NCBI GenBank assembly: GCA_964016885.1
Contig: OZ024761.1
Span: 26,660,001-26,724,000, forward strand
Direction of reading: 5' to 3'
From: Eledone cirrhosa
Taxonomy: Eukaryota
Length of the DNA stretch: 64,000 nucleotides
Below are positions 14,974-28,288 of the stretch, piece by piece (the first letter of the stretch is position 1; every line of letters starts with the position of its first letter). The notes beneath the pieces are model-generated. The model saw only the letters and a list, made by a program, of their open reading frames with translations, was not told where the DNA came from and did not search any database. The position numbers and the translations under genes are program-made.

Positions 14974-15064
14974 AATTGATGTCTGACATACCTCAACTGT
15001 GCTGATGGTTCAATTCCTGTCTTGGCAGTGTATATATATATATATATTATGCTTATATATTATG

Positions 15065-15100
<36 letters not shown>

Positions 15101-15134
15101 GCTTATATATTATGCTTTTATATATATATATATG

Positions 15135-15189
<55 letters not shown>

Positions 15190-15250
15190 TTATATATGTA
15201 TATATATTTATATATGTATATATATATATATATATATATGCTTATATATG

Positions 15251-15293
<43 letters not shown>

Positions 15294-15301
15294 TATGCTT
15301 A

Positions 15302-15332
<31 letters not shown>

Positions 15333-15353
15333 ATATGTATATATATATATATG

Positions 15354-15386
<33 letters not shown>

Positions 15387-15397
15387 GCTTATATATG

Positions 15398-15445
<48 letters not shown>

Positions 15446-15577
15446 GCTTATATATATATATATATATGCTTATATGTATGTATAGACCTCTGTGTATGTA
15501 TATATCGGTGTGTGAGTTTCTCTCTCTCACCCTCTTTCTCTATCTGTCTAGGTGTAGGTAAATGGGTGGGTGGTGTT

Positions 15578-15616
<39 letters not shown>

Positions 15617-15756
15617 GAGAGAGAGAGTGTTTGTGTTTACAGCACATCTTAAATAGTTTATACATATTTATTGTTGCTTTTTTTGGATGTCTTTTTTTCT
15701 TTGCTAATTATATTAGTATTGTCTTGTCATTACTGTTGGAGTTGACTTCACTTGAA

Positions 15757-16101
15757 CACAACAACAATACCAACAATACCATCAGAATAACAAAACAACA
15801 ACAACAACACCATAACAACAACAGCAGCATCACCACCACCACCACAACAACAACAGCACCACCACCACCACCACCACAACAACAACACCATAACAACAGC
15901 ACCACCACCACCACCACCACCACCACCACCACCCACAACAACAACACCATAACACAGCACTACCACCACAACCACCACCACCACCACCACAACAGCAACA
16001 ACACCATAACAACACCATAACAACAACACAACAAACACCATAACAACACCATAACAACCCAACAACACTACCACCACCACCCACAACAACAACACCATAA
16101 C

Positions 16102-16132
<31 letters not shown>

Positions 16133-16780
16133 CCACAACAACACCATAACAACAACACAACAAACACCATAACAACCCAACAACACTACCACCACCACCC
16201 ACAACAACAACACCATACCAACAGCACCACCACCACCACCACCACCACAACAACAGCACCATAACAACAACACTACCACCACCACCACAACAACACCACC
16301 ACCACTACCACCACCACCACACCACCACCACCACCACCACACCACCACCACCACCACCACACCACCACCACACCACCACCATCACCACTACAACAACACA
16401 CCACCACCACAACACAACGCCACCACCACCACAACAACAACAACACTACACCACCACAACAACACACCACCACCATCACCACCGCCACCACCACCAACAC
16501 CACCACCACAACAACACACCACTACACCACCACCACCACCACCACCACCACCACCACCACCACACCACCACAACAACACACAACCACCACCACACCAACA
16601 CCTCCACGACCACCACAACAAAAAAACCACCACCACCACCACACCACCACCACACCACCACCACCACCACCACACCAACACCCCCACACCACCACCACAA
16701 CAACACACCACCACCACACCACCACCACCACCACCACCACACCACCACACCACCACCACCACCACCACCACAACAACAAT
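15757..16780. repeat. (ACC/AAC)n low-complexity tract
   Basis: Direct inspection. Confidence 0.9.
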
Positions 16781-17109
16781 CAAGACAGTTTAAAAGTCTA
16801 ATTAAATTTGCTCACTTTTAATGTTACAATAGTCTCCAAGTCACCAGACAAGACACCCTAATTATTCTCTTTTCGGGCTTTTTCGTCTTTTTCCGTTTTG
16901 TTTAAGTTTTTAAAAATATGTTATCGTCATCTTCTTTTTCTTTTTCTTTTCCTTCTTCTTATCGTTGTTGTTGTTGATATTATTATTGTTATTGTTTTTT
17001 TAATTTTTTCTTTAGTTTTAAATTGTTATAATTTCGGCAATTTGTCAAATTTACATTTATTCATTTTACATTCATATATATATTTATATATTTTTATGTT
17101 TGTATATAT

Positions 17110-17840
17110 TTGTATATATTTTATATTTATATATTGTATATATTTATATATTGTATATGTGTATATATTTATATATTGTATATATTTATATATTGTATAT
17201 TGTATATATTTATATATTGTATATGTGTATATATTTATATATTGTATATGTGTATATATTTATATATTTTATATTTATATATTTATATATTGTATATGTG
17301 TATATATTTATATATTGTATATGTGTATATATTTATATATTGTATATGTGTATATATTTATATATTTTATATTTATATATTTATATATTGTATATGTGTA
17401 TATATTTATATATTGTATATGTGTATATATTTATATATTGTATATGTGTATATATTTATATATTGTATATGTGTATATATTTATATATTTTATATTTATA
17501 TATTTATATATTGTATATGTGTATATATTTATATATTGTATATGTGTATATATTTATATATTGTATATGTGTATATATTTATATATTGTATATGTGTATA
17601 TATTTATATATTGCATATGTGTATATATTTATATATTTTATATTTATATATTTATATATTGTATATGTGTATATATTTATATATTGTATATGTGTATATA
17701 TTTATATATTTTATATTTATATATTTATATATTGTATATGTGTATATATTTATATATTTTATATTTATATATTTATATATTGTATATGTGTATATATTTA
17801 TATATTGTATATGTGTATATATTTATATATTTATATATTT
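17110..17840. repeat. AT-rich minisatellite (TATATTGTATATGTGTATATATTTA-type units)
   Basis: Direct inspection. Confidence 0.9.
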
Positions 17841-18420
17841 TATATTTATATATTTTTATATTTATTTTTTCCCATCAATTTTATATATATTTTTGTTTAT
17901 TTTTTTATATGTATTTTCTTGTTTATTTGTTATATATATTTTTGTCTTATTTTATTCAATTTAATTTAATTTAATTATTTTTATTTATTCATTGTGTGTG
18001 TGTGTGTGTTTGTCTCTGTGTTTGTTTGTGAATGTGTGTGTTTGTATGTCTCTCTGTGTTAGTGTGTGAGTCTCTGTGTTAATGTGTGTATGTGTAGGAA
18101 GAAGCATTACTGTATTATAGGTACACTGTATATTGTGTTTGTCTGAGTGTGTGTGTGTGGGTGGGGTGTGTGGGTGGGGTGTGTGGGTGTGTGAGTGTGT
18201 GTGTGTGGGTCTTTTATTTGTGTGTGTATCTCCGTGTTTGTGTTTGAGTGTCTGTATTTCTGTGTGAATGATTGTGTGTATGTATGTATGTGTGTGTCTG
18301 TCTGTCTCTGTGTGTGTGCGAATGTCTGTGTTTGTGTGTGTGTCTGTGTGAGTTTGTGTTTGTTAGCGTGACTCAGTACGCGCGTGTGTGTGTGTGTGTG
18401 TGTTTGTGTTTTGTTTGAAG

Positions 18421-18741
18421 ACACGTGGCTTTGTGGTTAGGGTATTCAGCTGACAATCGTAAGGTCGTGCGTTCAATTCCCGGTGATGCATTGAGTCCTT
18501 GAGCAAGACACTTTACTTCACGTTGCTCCAGTCCACTTAGCTGTTAAAAATGAGTTGTACCTGTAATTTGAAGGAGCAGCCTTGTTACATACTGTGCGTG
18601 TCACACTGAATCTCCCTGAGAACTACGTTAAGGATACGCATCTCTGTGGAATGCTCAGCCACTTGCACGTTAATTTCACGAGCAGGTTGTACCGTTGAAC
18701 GGATCAACAGGAACACTCGTCGCCGTAACCGACGGAGTGCC
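18421..18741 (+). mobile_element. tRNA-derived SINE (family B, CORE-like centre)
   Basis: A-box TGGCTTTGTGG, B-box GTTCAATTCC, central GTCCTTGAGCAAGACACTTTACTTCACGTTGCTCCAGT. Related to 23565-23882 and 37670-38320. Confidence 0.8.
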
Positions 18742-18787
18742 TTCCATTCATTGGTTCAAACAAGATGGCGAATTGGTCGCATAATGC

Positions 18788-19583
18788 CGCCATGCCCCAC
18801 CATCACATCCGAAACCACCACCATCACCTTCACCGCCATGCCCCACAACCATCACATCCGAAACCACCACCATCACCTTCACCGCCATGCCCCACAACCA
18901 TCACATCCGAAACCACCACCATCACCTTCACCGCCATGCCCCACAACCATCACATCCGAAACCACCACCATCACCTTCACCGCCATGCCCCACAACCATC
19001 ACATCCGAAACCACCACCATCACCTTCACCGCCATGCCCCACAACCATCACATCCGAAACCACCACCATCACCTTCACCGCCATGCCCCACAACCATCAC
19101 ATCCGAAACCACCACCATCACCTTCACCGCCATGCCCAACCATCACATCCGAAACCACCACCATCACCTTCACCGCCATGCCCCACAACCATCACATCCG
19201 AAACCACCACCATCACCTTCACCGCCATGCCCCACCATCACATCCGAAACCACCACCATCACCTTCACCGCCATGCCCCACAACCATCACATCCGAAACC
19301 ACCACCATCACCTTCACCGCCATGCCCCACAACCATCACATCCGAAACCACCACCATCACCTTCACCGCCATGCCCCACAACCATCACATCCGAAACCAC
19401 CACCATCACCTTCACCGCCATGCCCCACCATCACATCCGAAACCACCACCATCACCTTCACCGCCATGCCCCACAACCATCACATCCGAAACCACCACCA
19501 TCACCTTCACCGCCATGCCCCACCATCACATCCGAAACCACCACCATCACCTTCACCGCCATGCCCCACAACCATCACCTTCA
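18788..19583. repeat. 49-bp minisatellite, ~16 near-identical copies
   Basis: CGCCATGCCCCACAACCATCACATCCGAAACCACCACCATCACCTTCAC, with some shortened variants. Confidence 0.95.
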
Positions 19584-19981
19584 TCGCCGACATAATTTTT
19601 CATCATAATCATCAACATCGCCATCATCACCATCCTCCGCCGCCTTTTCCGTTTCCTTCTCTTCCTTCACCTCTTTTTCAATGCTTTGTTTATATAAACG
19701 GTTGATAGTTCCGATATAATGGGATCGAACTCGGGATCGAACTCGGCACTATGTGATTCTGAAGCGATTTATTTTAACTGTACAATCACATTTAGCCGCC
19801 TGATGAAATGAACACGCACACACACACATACGCGCACACACACACACACACATACGCACACACGCACACCACACACATCCACAAACCGCGCACACACACC
19901 ACACACACGCACACTCCACATCACGCAGCATACGCACCACACACATATAAATAATTCAAATATAAGATTTATTTGTTTATT

Positions 19982-20015
<34 letters not shown>

Positions 20016-20084
20016 CATATATCATTTACGAAAAACAGTATTTTGTACACGTACATTAATATTGTGTGTGTATATATATATCTG

Positions 20085-20448
20085 GCCTCTTTCTCACACT
20101 TTCACTCACTCACTCTATGCTATTCTCCCTCTCTCACTTCCTCCCGTTTGACCTGCGTGAAATCCTTTTCTCGCTCACATCTCACCCAGGTCGGATGGTC
20201 TGTATCTCTCGTCCATGATTTCACAGAACTTAAGTTCATAGATATCACGGACTTGTTTCTTCTCTTCCTCTCTGTCCGTTGTATTACCATCTATGTTTGT
20301 TTACATGTCTCGCTCGCTTCACCCTATTTTACGTGTCCCCATAACTTTATTTAGTTATTGCTCGCACCAACCAGAGGTATACGATCTTTAAAGCGAAGAA
20401 ATACCAATGAAGGTTGGAAGATCACTGATGAAGGAATAATTTTATTCA
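20085..20448 (+). mobile_element. Dispersed element ending in a truncated hammerhead half; homologous to 35965-36480 (-)
   Basis: Shared ATAACTT..TTTAGTTATTG...GAGGTAT...GCGAAGAAATACC.ATGA.GG...ACTGATGA.GG. Confidence 0.6.
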
Positions 20449-20501
20449 TATGTAACCCATTTGCAACCACGCAGCACGCCTTTTTTCATATATATATAAA
20501 A

Positions 20502-20679
20502 TAATTGTTTCTACGTCAGGCACAAGGCCAGCAATTACCCAGTGTATTACTGGTACTTTATTTTATCGACCCAGTAAGGATGAAAGGCAAAGTTTACCTC
20601 GGCGGGATTTGAACTCAGAATGGCAAGGGCCGTAACTCTGCGCCAAAGCATGGCATCCGACACTCTACCAATACTGCCA
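20502..20679 (-). mobile_element. SINE family A copy
   Basis: Family A consensus match. Confidence 0.85.
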
Positions 20680-20699
20680 TATAAAATAATAATAATAAT

Positions 20700-20832
20700 T
20701 AATAAAAGGATGATTTGTTATGTCTTCATTACGTTTATTGAGACGTGACGCGCGTTTCGCTGTTGATCAGCTCAAGGTTCAATGTGTATCGATCTGGCCC
20801 GACTCTGGAATCGAAAGCTCGTCGCACCTCTG
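20700..20832 (-). repeat. Second copy of the dispersed repeat at 7465-7600
   Basis: Reverse-complement homology. Confidence 0.75.
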
Positions 20833-20885
20833 CATCGACTGCTCACCTGGGTGAACCTACTGTAACTGCACGTTACACTTCCTAG

Positions 20886-20956
<71 letters not shown>

Positions 20957-21052
20957 CATATATATGTATATATATATATATATGTATATATATATACATA
21001 TATATATGTATATATATATACATATATATGTATATATATATACATATATATG

Positions 21053-21088
<36 letters not shown>

Positions 21089-21098
21089 CATATATATG

Positions 21099-21133
<35 letters not shown>

Positions 21134-21141
21134 GTATATAC

Positions 21142-21195
<54 letters not shown>

Positions 21196-21203
21196 GTATA
21201 TAC

Positions 21204-21234
<31 letters not shown>

Positions 21235-21235
21235 C

Positions 21236-21384
<149 letters not shown>

Positions 21385-21452
21385 CGCACGCGCGCGCGCA
21401 TATATATATATAAATAAAGAAATAAAATACACACATAAAATGTAAGTATGGT

Positions 21453-21483
<31 letters not shown>

Positions 21484-21920
21484 GTACACCTCTTTCCCAC
21501 ACATACATGCAAACACACACACATAAACATACGCAGTGGCTCCCCCACACACATTTACACACACACGCACACACACATACGCACACACAGTTGCGCAAAC
21601 ACACTCATTCGCACAAACACACTCATTCGCACGCACGCACAGTCGCACACAATGTGGCACAAACACACACACAGTGGCACACGCAGTCGCATACACACAC
21701 CGTCGCACAAACACACACAATCACACACACACACACACACACACCGTCGCACAAACACACACAATCACACACACACACACAGTAACACACACACAGTTAC
21801 ACACACACACACACACACACACCGTCGCACAAACACACACAATCACACACACACACACAGTAACACACACACACAGTTACACACACAGTCACAGAGAGAG
21901 AGAGCGAGCGAGCGAGCGAG

Positions 21921-21942
21921 GCGGCCATTTTCCAAGATGGCT
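21921..21942. promoter_or_regulatory. Paired, oppositely oriented YY1/Pho-like motifs
   Basis: GCGGCCATTTT-CC-AAGATGGCT in a CpG-containing unique island. Motif match only. Confidence 0.4.
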
Positions 21943-22080
21943 ACCGTAGCCGCTGGCTCTCCGGTAATAATATGATCAACATTATGATATGTTCGCTAAC
22001 AACACACAGTTACTTGACTGTTGAAAAGTCAGATGTACGGGATAAACATACGACCTTTCTTCTCATTGGTTGGTTTACTA

Positions 22081-22910
22081 GTAGTAGTAGTTGTGGTGGT
22101 GGTTGGTAGTGGTGGTGGTTGTTGTAGTTGTAGTAGATGGTGGTGGTGGTGGTAGTGGTGGTGGTAGTTGGTTGTGGTGGCGGTTGTTGTAATTGTAGTA
22201 GATGGTGGTGGTGGTAGTGGTGGTGGTAGTTGGTAGTGGTGGTGGTTGTTGTAGTTGTAGTAGATGGTGGTGGTGGTAGTGGTGGTGGTAGTTGGTAGTG
22301 GTGGCGGTTGTTGTAGTGGTGATTGGTAGTGGTGGTGGTAGTTGTAGTGGATGGTGGTGGTGGTAGTGGTGGTGGTAGTTGGTAGTGGTGGCGGTTGTTG
22401 TAGTGGTGGCTGGTAGTGGTGGTGGTTGGTAGTGGTGGTGGCAGTTGTAGTGGGTGGTGGTAGGTGGTGGTGGTGGTTGGTAGTGGTGGTTGGTAGTGGT
22501 GGTTGTAGTGGGTGGTGGTTGTTGTTGTAGTGGTGGTTGTTGTAGTTGTAGTGGGTGGTGGTGGTGGTAGTGGTGGTGGTTGTTGTAGTGGTGGTTGGTA
22601 GTGGTGGTGGTTGTTGTAGTTGTAGTGGGTGGTGGGAGTGGTGGTGGTGGTAGTAGTGGTGGTGGTAGTGGTGGTATTAGCTATTGTTGGTGGTGGTAGT
22701 TGGTAGTGTTGGTGGTTGTTGTTGGTAGTGGTGGTAAGAGTAATAGTAGGTGGTGGTGGTAGTAGTTGTTGTTGGTGGTAGTGGTGGTAGAAGTAGTAGT
22801 AGGTGGTGGTGGTAGTATTGGAGGTGGTGGTAGTAGTTGTTGGTGGTAGAAGTAGTAGTAGGTGGTGGTGGTAGTTGGTGGTAGTGGTAGAAGTGGTGGT
22901 GGTAGTAGGA
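22081..22910. repeat. (GGT/AGT/GTT)n tract
   Basis: Direct inspection. Confidence 0.9.
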
Positions 22911-23112
22911 GCAGGTGGAGAGAAGAAGAAAGAGACGTTAGTGGAGGAGGTATGGTAGCAGAGAACGAAATGATATATGGAAGCCGATAAGAGTCGAAAA
23001 TTTCATTGGGGATTCTTAATTTGGTAATGAAAGCGAAAGCTAAATGAAAGTTTTTTTTAAACGATAGTAATAATAGTAGTGGTGGTGGTAATGGTAGTAG
23101 TAGTAGTAATAA

Positions 23113-23300
23113 TAATTGTTTCTACTTTTGGCACCAGGCCAGCAATTATCCAGTACATTACTGCTACTTTATTTTATCGACTCCCGTAAGGATGAAAGGC
23201 AAAGTTAAACTCGGCGGGATTTGAACTCAGATCGTAAAGGGACGTAACTGTGCTGGAAAGCATGTCCGACCCTCTACCGGTACTGCCAATCCACCGCCCT
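23113..23300 (-). mobile_element. SINE family A copy
   Basis: Family A consensus match. Confidence 0.85.
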
Positions 23301-23564
23301 AGTAATAATAGTAGTAGTAATAATGATTTCTAGTATAGGCACAAGGCCAGTAATCAGGTGGTAACGAGTGAGAGATGTAACAGGAAGCGTAGAAAGCCTA
23401 AAAGAACGTAGGAAAAGTGTAAAAAATAATAACACGAGATAGTTATTTTGGAAGCGATTTAATAGTCCCTATATTTCGGATTTCACATCCCTCAAATGGT
23501 GGGTTTTCCGAGCGGAAAGAGTTATGATATATATATATATATATATGGTATATATATATTTTTT

Positions 23565-23882
23565 TGTTCTTGTTCGACGAGGCCAGGGTCATCCTAAGCC
23601 AGCGATCCCAAAGCATCGTCGTGTGTAGAGCTGTTTATCCCGGTTTCATAGCAACTGAGAGTACAACTCTCCCCCCTACCCCCTTAGACAGGACACCAGT
23701 CCATCGCAGTGTTAAACTCCCACCTATTACTGATACTCATTTTCAGCTGAGTAAACTGGAGTAACGTGAAATGAATTGTTTTGCTCAAGAACACAACACG
23801 CAACCCTGCCCAGCACAGGAATCGAACACACGACATCATGATCGTAAGTCCAACACCCTTACCACTAGACCACGCGCCTCCA
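23565..23882 (-). mobile_element. tRNA-derived SINE (family B-type head)
   Basis: Minus strand: TGGAGGCGCGTGGTCTAGTGGTAAGGGTGTTGGACTTACGATC..GTTCGATTCC..GTGTTCTTGAGCAAAAC. Confidence 0.8.
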
Positions 23883-23883
23883 C

Positions 23884-23937
<54 letters not shown>

Positions 23938-24019
23938 GTTATTCCGGGTTGAATCGGAGGTAACCACAGTAAGTAAGGTACTCAATACATTGCAGAGTAT
24001 AAAAGTTTTAATATAGATG

Positions 24020-24070
24020 AGATTCTACAGGACTAGAACTGTTTCATTCTTTAGAAATCATCAGGAATCT
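24020..24070 (-). ncRNA. Predicted type I hammerhead ribozyme (left arm)
   Basis: Reverse complement of 24431-24481. Confidence 0.75.
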
Positions 24071-24430
24071 GGGTATCAAAAAATAAATATGGTATTTATA
24101 GGTCTCTACAAGTGGTAGGAGAGGGTGGGGAGTGGGATGGGTGTAGGTCATTGGTTGATAGAAAAGGGAATTCATTAAAAGCTAATTCTACAAAGCTATA
24201 GTTTATTTTTAATTTTTGTTTTTAGAGTAACAAAGGCAGACAGAATTCTATAAACAGGATCGGGATGGCATACCATTCCTTGTCATTAAGTTTCTCTTAA
24301 GCTAACAGATGTCTATAAGATCAGTGGGGGGTCAGTCATGGTAGATAGAATTAAAGGAAAGGGAGATTCTTTAAAAGCTAAATTCATTAAGGTTCTACTA
24401 AGTGACAAAGGTTTAGAGAATTCTGTAGAC

Positions 24431-24481
24431 AGATTCCTGATGATTTCTAAAGAATGAAACAGTTCTAGTCCTGTAGAATCT
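24431..24481 (+). ncRNA. Predicted type I hammerhead ribozyme (right arm)
   Basis: AGAUUC-CUGAUGA-U UUC uaaa GAA U-GAAA-CAG uucuaguc CUG-UA/GAAUCU. Stem I 6 bp, stem III ACAG/CUGU, GUA site, U-U at the base of stem II. Confidence 0.75.
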
Positions 24482-24783
24482 CATCTATATTAAAACTTAT
24501 ATATATATATATATATATATATGTGGGTGTTTTGTGTGGGTGTCGTGTGTGGTGTCTCATTTCTCAAAGCAAATGTTTTGAGAAATCTCCATTGAGAAAC
24601 AACCACATTTCTTCCAAAGAGAAAAGGTTAGCGGTGACTCGAGGAAAACCATTAAACTTCCATCATTTGAAATCAGACGGAAAAACATATCGGAAATGGT
24701 GTAGAAGTCGAACAGGTGTTTTGAAAATGACGCAGTCAGCCAGCAGAATTCTCAACGTTGGATAAATAAACGGTTTCTATAGG

Positions 24784-24878
<95 letters not shown>

Positions 24879-24981
24879 TATATATAGATTCTTTAGAATA
24901 TATATATATATATATATATATATTGTTTAGTATGTATGTATTCTTTTTCGTTAAATATATATAGCCTATAGCTAACGCTTA

Positions 24982-25021
<40 letters not shown>

Positions 25022-25026
25022 TATAT

Positions 25027-25091
<65 letters not shown>

Positions 25092-25110
25092 ATATTATAT
25101 ATATATATAT

Positions 25111-25190
<80 letters not shown>

Positions 25191-25283
25191 TATATATATA
25201 TATATAATATATTATATATATATATATAATATATTATATATATATATATTATATTATATATATATATATATATTATATTATAT

Positions 25284-25370
25284 AACGAAGGAAATGTGGT
25301 AAGGAACCAGGTGGACCATAACGCACCAAAGTACTCAATACTTAGGGTAGTAGAGTGGGTAATAGGAACG
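25284..25370 (-). mobile_element. Tail fragment of the (TA)n-embedded family also at 31258, 42238, 54141 and 57259
   Basis: AACGAAGGAAATGTGGTAAGGAACCAG..CCATAACGCACCAAAGTACTCAATACTTAGGGTAGTAGAGTGGG. Confidence 0.8.
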
Positions 25371-25546
25371 CGTATATATATATATATTATATATAATATA
25401 TATATATATAATATATATATAATATATATATATATAATATATATATATATTATATATATATATAATATATATATATATTATATATATATATATAATATAT
25501 ATATATATATATAATATATATATAATATATATAATATATATATAAT

Positions 25547-25608
<62 letters not shown>

Positions 25609-25719
25609 ATATATATTATATATATATATTATATATATATATATATAGATTATATATATATATATTGATTTCTATATATATATATATATTATATATAGAT
25701 TATATATATATAGATTATA

Positions 25720-25919
25720 NNNNNNNNNNNNNNNNNNNNNNNNNNNNNNNNNNNNNNNNNNNNNNNNNNNNNNNNNNNNNNNNNNNNNNNNNNNNNNNNN
25801 NNNNNNNNNNNNNNNNNNNNNNNNNNNNNNNNNNNNNNNNNNNNNNNNNNNNNNNNNNNNNNNNNNNNNNNNNNNNNNNNNNNNNNNNNNNNNNNNNNNN
25901 NNNNNNNNNNNNNNNNNNN
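25720..25919. other. Assembly gap (200 N)
   Basis: N run within TA-rich sequence. Confidence 1.
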
Positions 25920-25959
25920 CATGCTTATAAATATGCATATATATATATATACACACATA

Positions 25960-26005
<46 letters not shown>

Positions 26006-26043
26006 TCCATATATATATATATATATATACATGCTTATAAATA

Positions 26044-26100
<57 letters not shown>

Positions 26101-26230
26101 GCTTATAAATATGCATATATATATATATATATATATATATACATGCTTATAAATATGCATATATATATATGCATATATATATATATATATATATATATAC
26201 ATGCTTATAAATATGCATATATATATATAC

Positions 26231-26263
<33 letters not shown>

Positions 26264-26280
26264 CATGCTTATAAATATGC

Positions 26281-26341
<61 letters not shown>

Positions 26342-26388
26342 CTCTTTTACCCTCTTTTACCTGTTTCAGCCATACGGCTGAGGCCATG

Positions 26389-26436
<48 letters not shown>

Positions 26437-26454
26437 TCCATCCATATATATATA

Positions 26455-26485
<31 letters not shown>

Positions 26486-26589
26486 GACATACATACACAC
26501 ACACACACACACATACACACACATGCTCCCCACATGAACGTTTGTGTGCCATTCCTAATGTCCCGTTCAAAAGAATGTTCTGCTGAACA

Positions 26590-26960
26590 ATAAAATGGCC
26601 GACTTTCCAATTATACGTTTATCCGCCATAGACAAACAAAAAGTTTCCCTTTGTCAATCTCCTCCAGTCTCCAGTCTCTATCGTCTGTCGTGTCCATTCA
26701 ATGATCAGTCATCATTATGTAGGCCACCAATAGTAATACTTATAAACCACTACACCTACATCTCGTCGCTCTTCTCAACCGTTCTGCGCCGCCCCGCCGC
26801 CGCCCCGCCCTGCCGCTCCGCCGCTGTCTTTTCAGTCGTAATTAAATTTACGATAATGCTATGTGATGTCTTCTGTTCGAGGGCAGACGACCGAATCTTT
26901 TCTTCCTTCTCTCCGGAGACGTTTGCTGATTGGCCGAGTGAGTAAATTACGGCCATTACT
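26590..26960. promoter_or_regulatory. CpG/GC-rich unique island, putative regulatory element
   Basis: AAAATGGCCG, GC boxes (CCCCGCC, CCGCCC at ~26790-26810), GATTGG (reverse CCAAT), TAATTA and TTTACGA motifs. Motif evidence only. Confidence 0.35.
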
Positions 26961-26964
26961 GCAG

Positions 26965-27980
26965 AAAAAAAATCGAGGATGACTTGGTAGCGTGTGTTTT
27001 TGCTTTCATTAATGGTTCCAGGCACTTCGTCCGCTACAAAAATCGAGGATGACTTGGTAGCGTGTGTTTTTGTTTTCATTAATGGTTTCAGGCGCTTCGT
27101 CCGCTACAAAAATCGAGGATGACTTGGTAGCGTGTGTTTTTGTTTTCATTAATGGTTTCAGGCGCTTCGTCCGCTACAAAAATCGAGGATGACTTGGTAG
27201 TGTCTATTTTGCTTTCATTAATGGTTTCAGGCGCTTCGTCCGCTACAAAAATCGAGGATGACTTGGTAGCGTGTGTTTTTGCTTTCATTAATGGTTCCAG
27301 GCGCTTCGTCCGCTACAAAAATCGAGGATGACTTGGTAGTGTCTATTTTGCTTAAATCCCGCCGAGGTTAACTTTGCCTTTCATCCTTACGGGGTCGATA
27401 AAATAAAGTACCAGTAATACACTGGATAATTGCTGGCCTTGTGCCAAAAGTAGAAACAATTAATAGTTTTAGGCACTTCGTCCGCTACAGAAATCGAGGA
27501 TGACTTGGTAGTGTCTATTTTTGCTTTCTTTAATAGTTTCAGGCACTTCGTTCGCTACAGAAATCGAGGATGACTTGGTAGTGTCTATTTTGCTTTTATT
27601 TAATAGTTTTAGGCGCTTCGTCCGCTACAGAAATCGAGGATGACTTGGTAGTGTCTATTTTGCTTTCTTTAATGGTTTTAGGCACTTCGTCCGCTACAAA
27701 AATCGAGGATGACTTGGTAGGGTCTATTTTGCTTTCTTTAATGGTTTTAGGCGCTTCGTCCGCTACAGAAATCGAGGATGACTTCGTAGTGTCTATTTTG
27801 CTTTCTTTAATGGTTCTAGGCACTTCGTCCGCTACAAAAATCGAGGATGACTTGGTAGGGTCTATTTTGCTTTCTTTAATGGTTTTAGGCGCTTCGTCCG
27901 CTACAGAAATCGAGGATGACTTCGTAGTGTCTATTTTGCTTTCTTTAATGGTTTTAGGCACTTCGTCCGCTACAGAAAAT
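26965..27980. repeat. 69-70 bp minisatellite (~13 units) interrupted by a SINE
   Basis: AAATCGAGGATGACTTGGTAG...TTAATGGTT..AGGC(G/A)CTTCGTCCGCTACA, with periodicity 26971, 27041, 27111, 27181... Confidence 0.95.
27354..27460 (+). mobile_element. 5'-truncated SINE family A inside the minisatellite
   Basis: AAATCCCGCCGAGGTTAAC...CCAAAAGTAGAAACAAT. Confidence 0.85.
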
Positions 27981-28027
27981 AGACTTGTTGTGTGTATATA
28001 CCATGCTTTCATTATCGGTTTAGAGCA

Positions 28028-28170
28028 GCATAGAGTTACGGCCCTTTATGGTCTGAGTTCAAATCCCGCCGAGGTTAACTTTGCCTTTCATCCTTACGGG
28101 GTCGATAAAATAAAGTACCAGTAATACACTGGGGTAATTGCTGGCCTTGTGCCAAAAGTAGAAACCATTA
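28028..28170 (+). mobile_element. SINE family A copy
   Basis: Family A consensus match including the B-box. Confidence 0.85.
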
Positions 28171-28288
28171 TTGGTTAGGCGCCCTATCATTGTAGAAATC
28201 GAGGATGACTTGGAAGCATCTACCTCGTTGTTATTAATGGCGTTTTGATGTCCATGTAATCGCCAATAGACACAGTCACCCTCTAAGG

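Larger units (their letters stand above)
23940..24498 (-). mobile_element. Penelope-like remnant with 69-bp inverted hammerhead-bearing repeats
   Basis: 24003-24071 is the reverse complement of 24430-24498. One-sided tail with GTACTCAATAC, and microsatellite flanks. Confidence 0.65.

Noticed and set aside
18421-18500. tRNA genes (also at 37670, 48673 and 63633)
   Set aside because: A/B boxes lead into SINE bodies and no full cloverleaf forms.
18646-19705. His/Pro-rich ORFs
   Set aside because: The 49-bp unit is not a multiple of 3, so the frames rotate through the same peptides.
26830-26960. Hox-cluster-type conserved elements or miR-10
   Set aside because: Only short TTTACGA/TAATTA words; no homeobox or miR-10 sequence was seen in the window.
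27596-28124. 23-aa repeat ORFs on both strands
   Set aside because: Neighbouring 70-bp units break the frame and a SINE interrupts the array.
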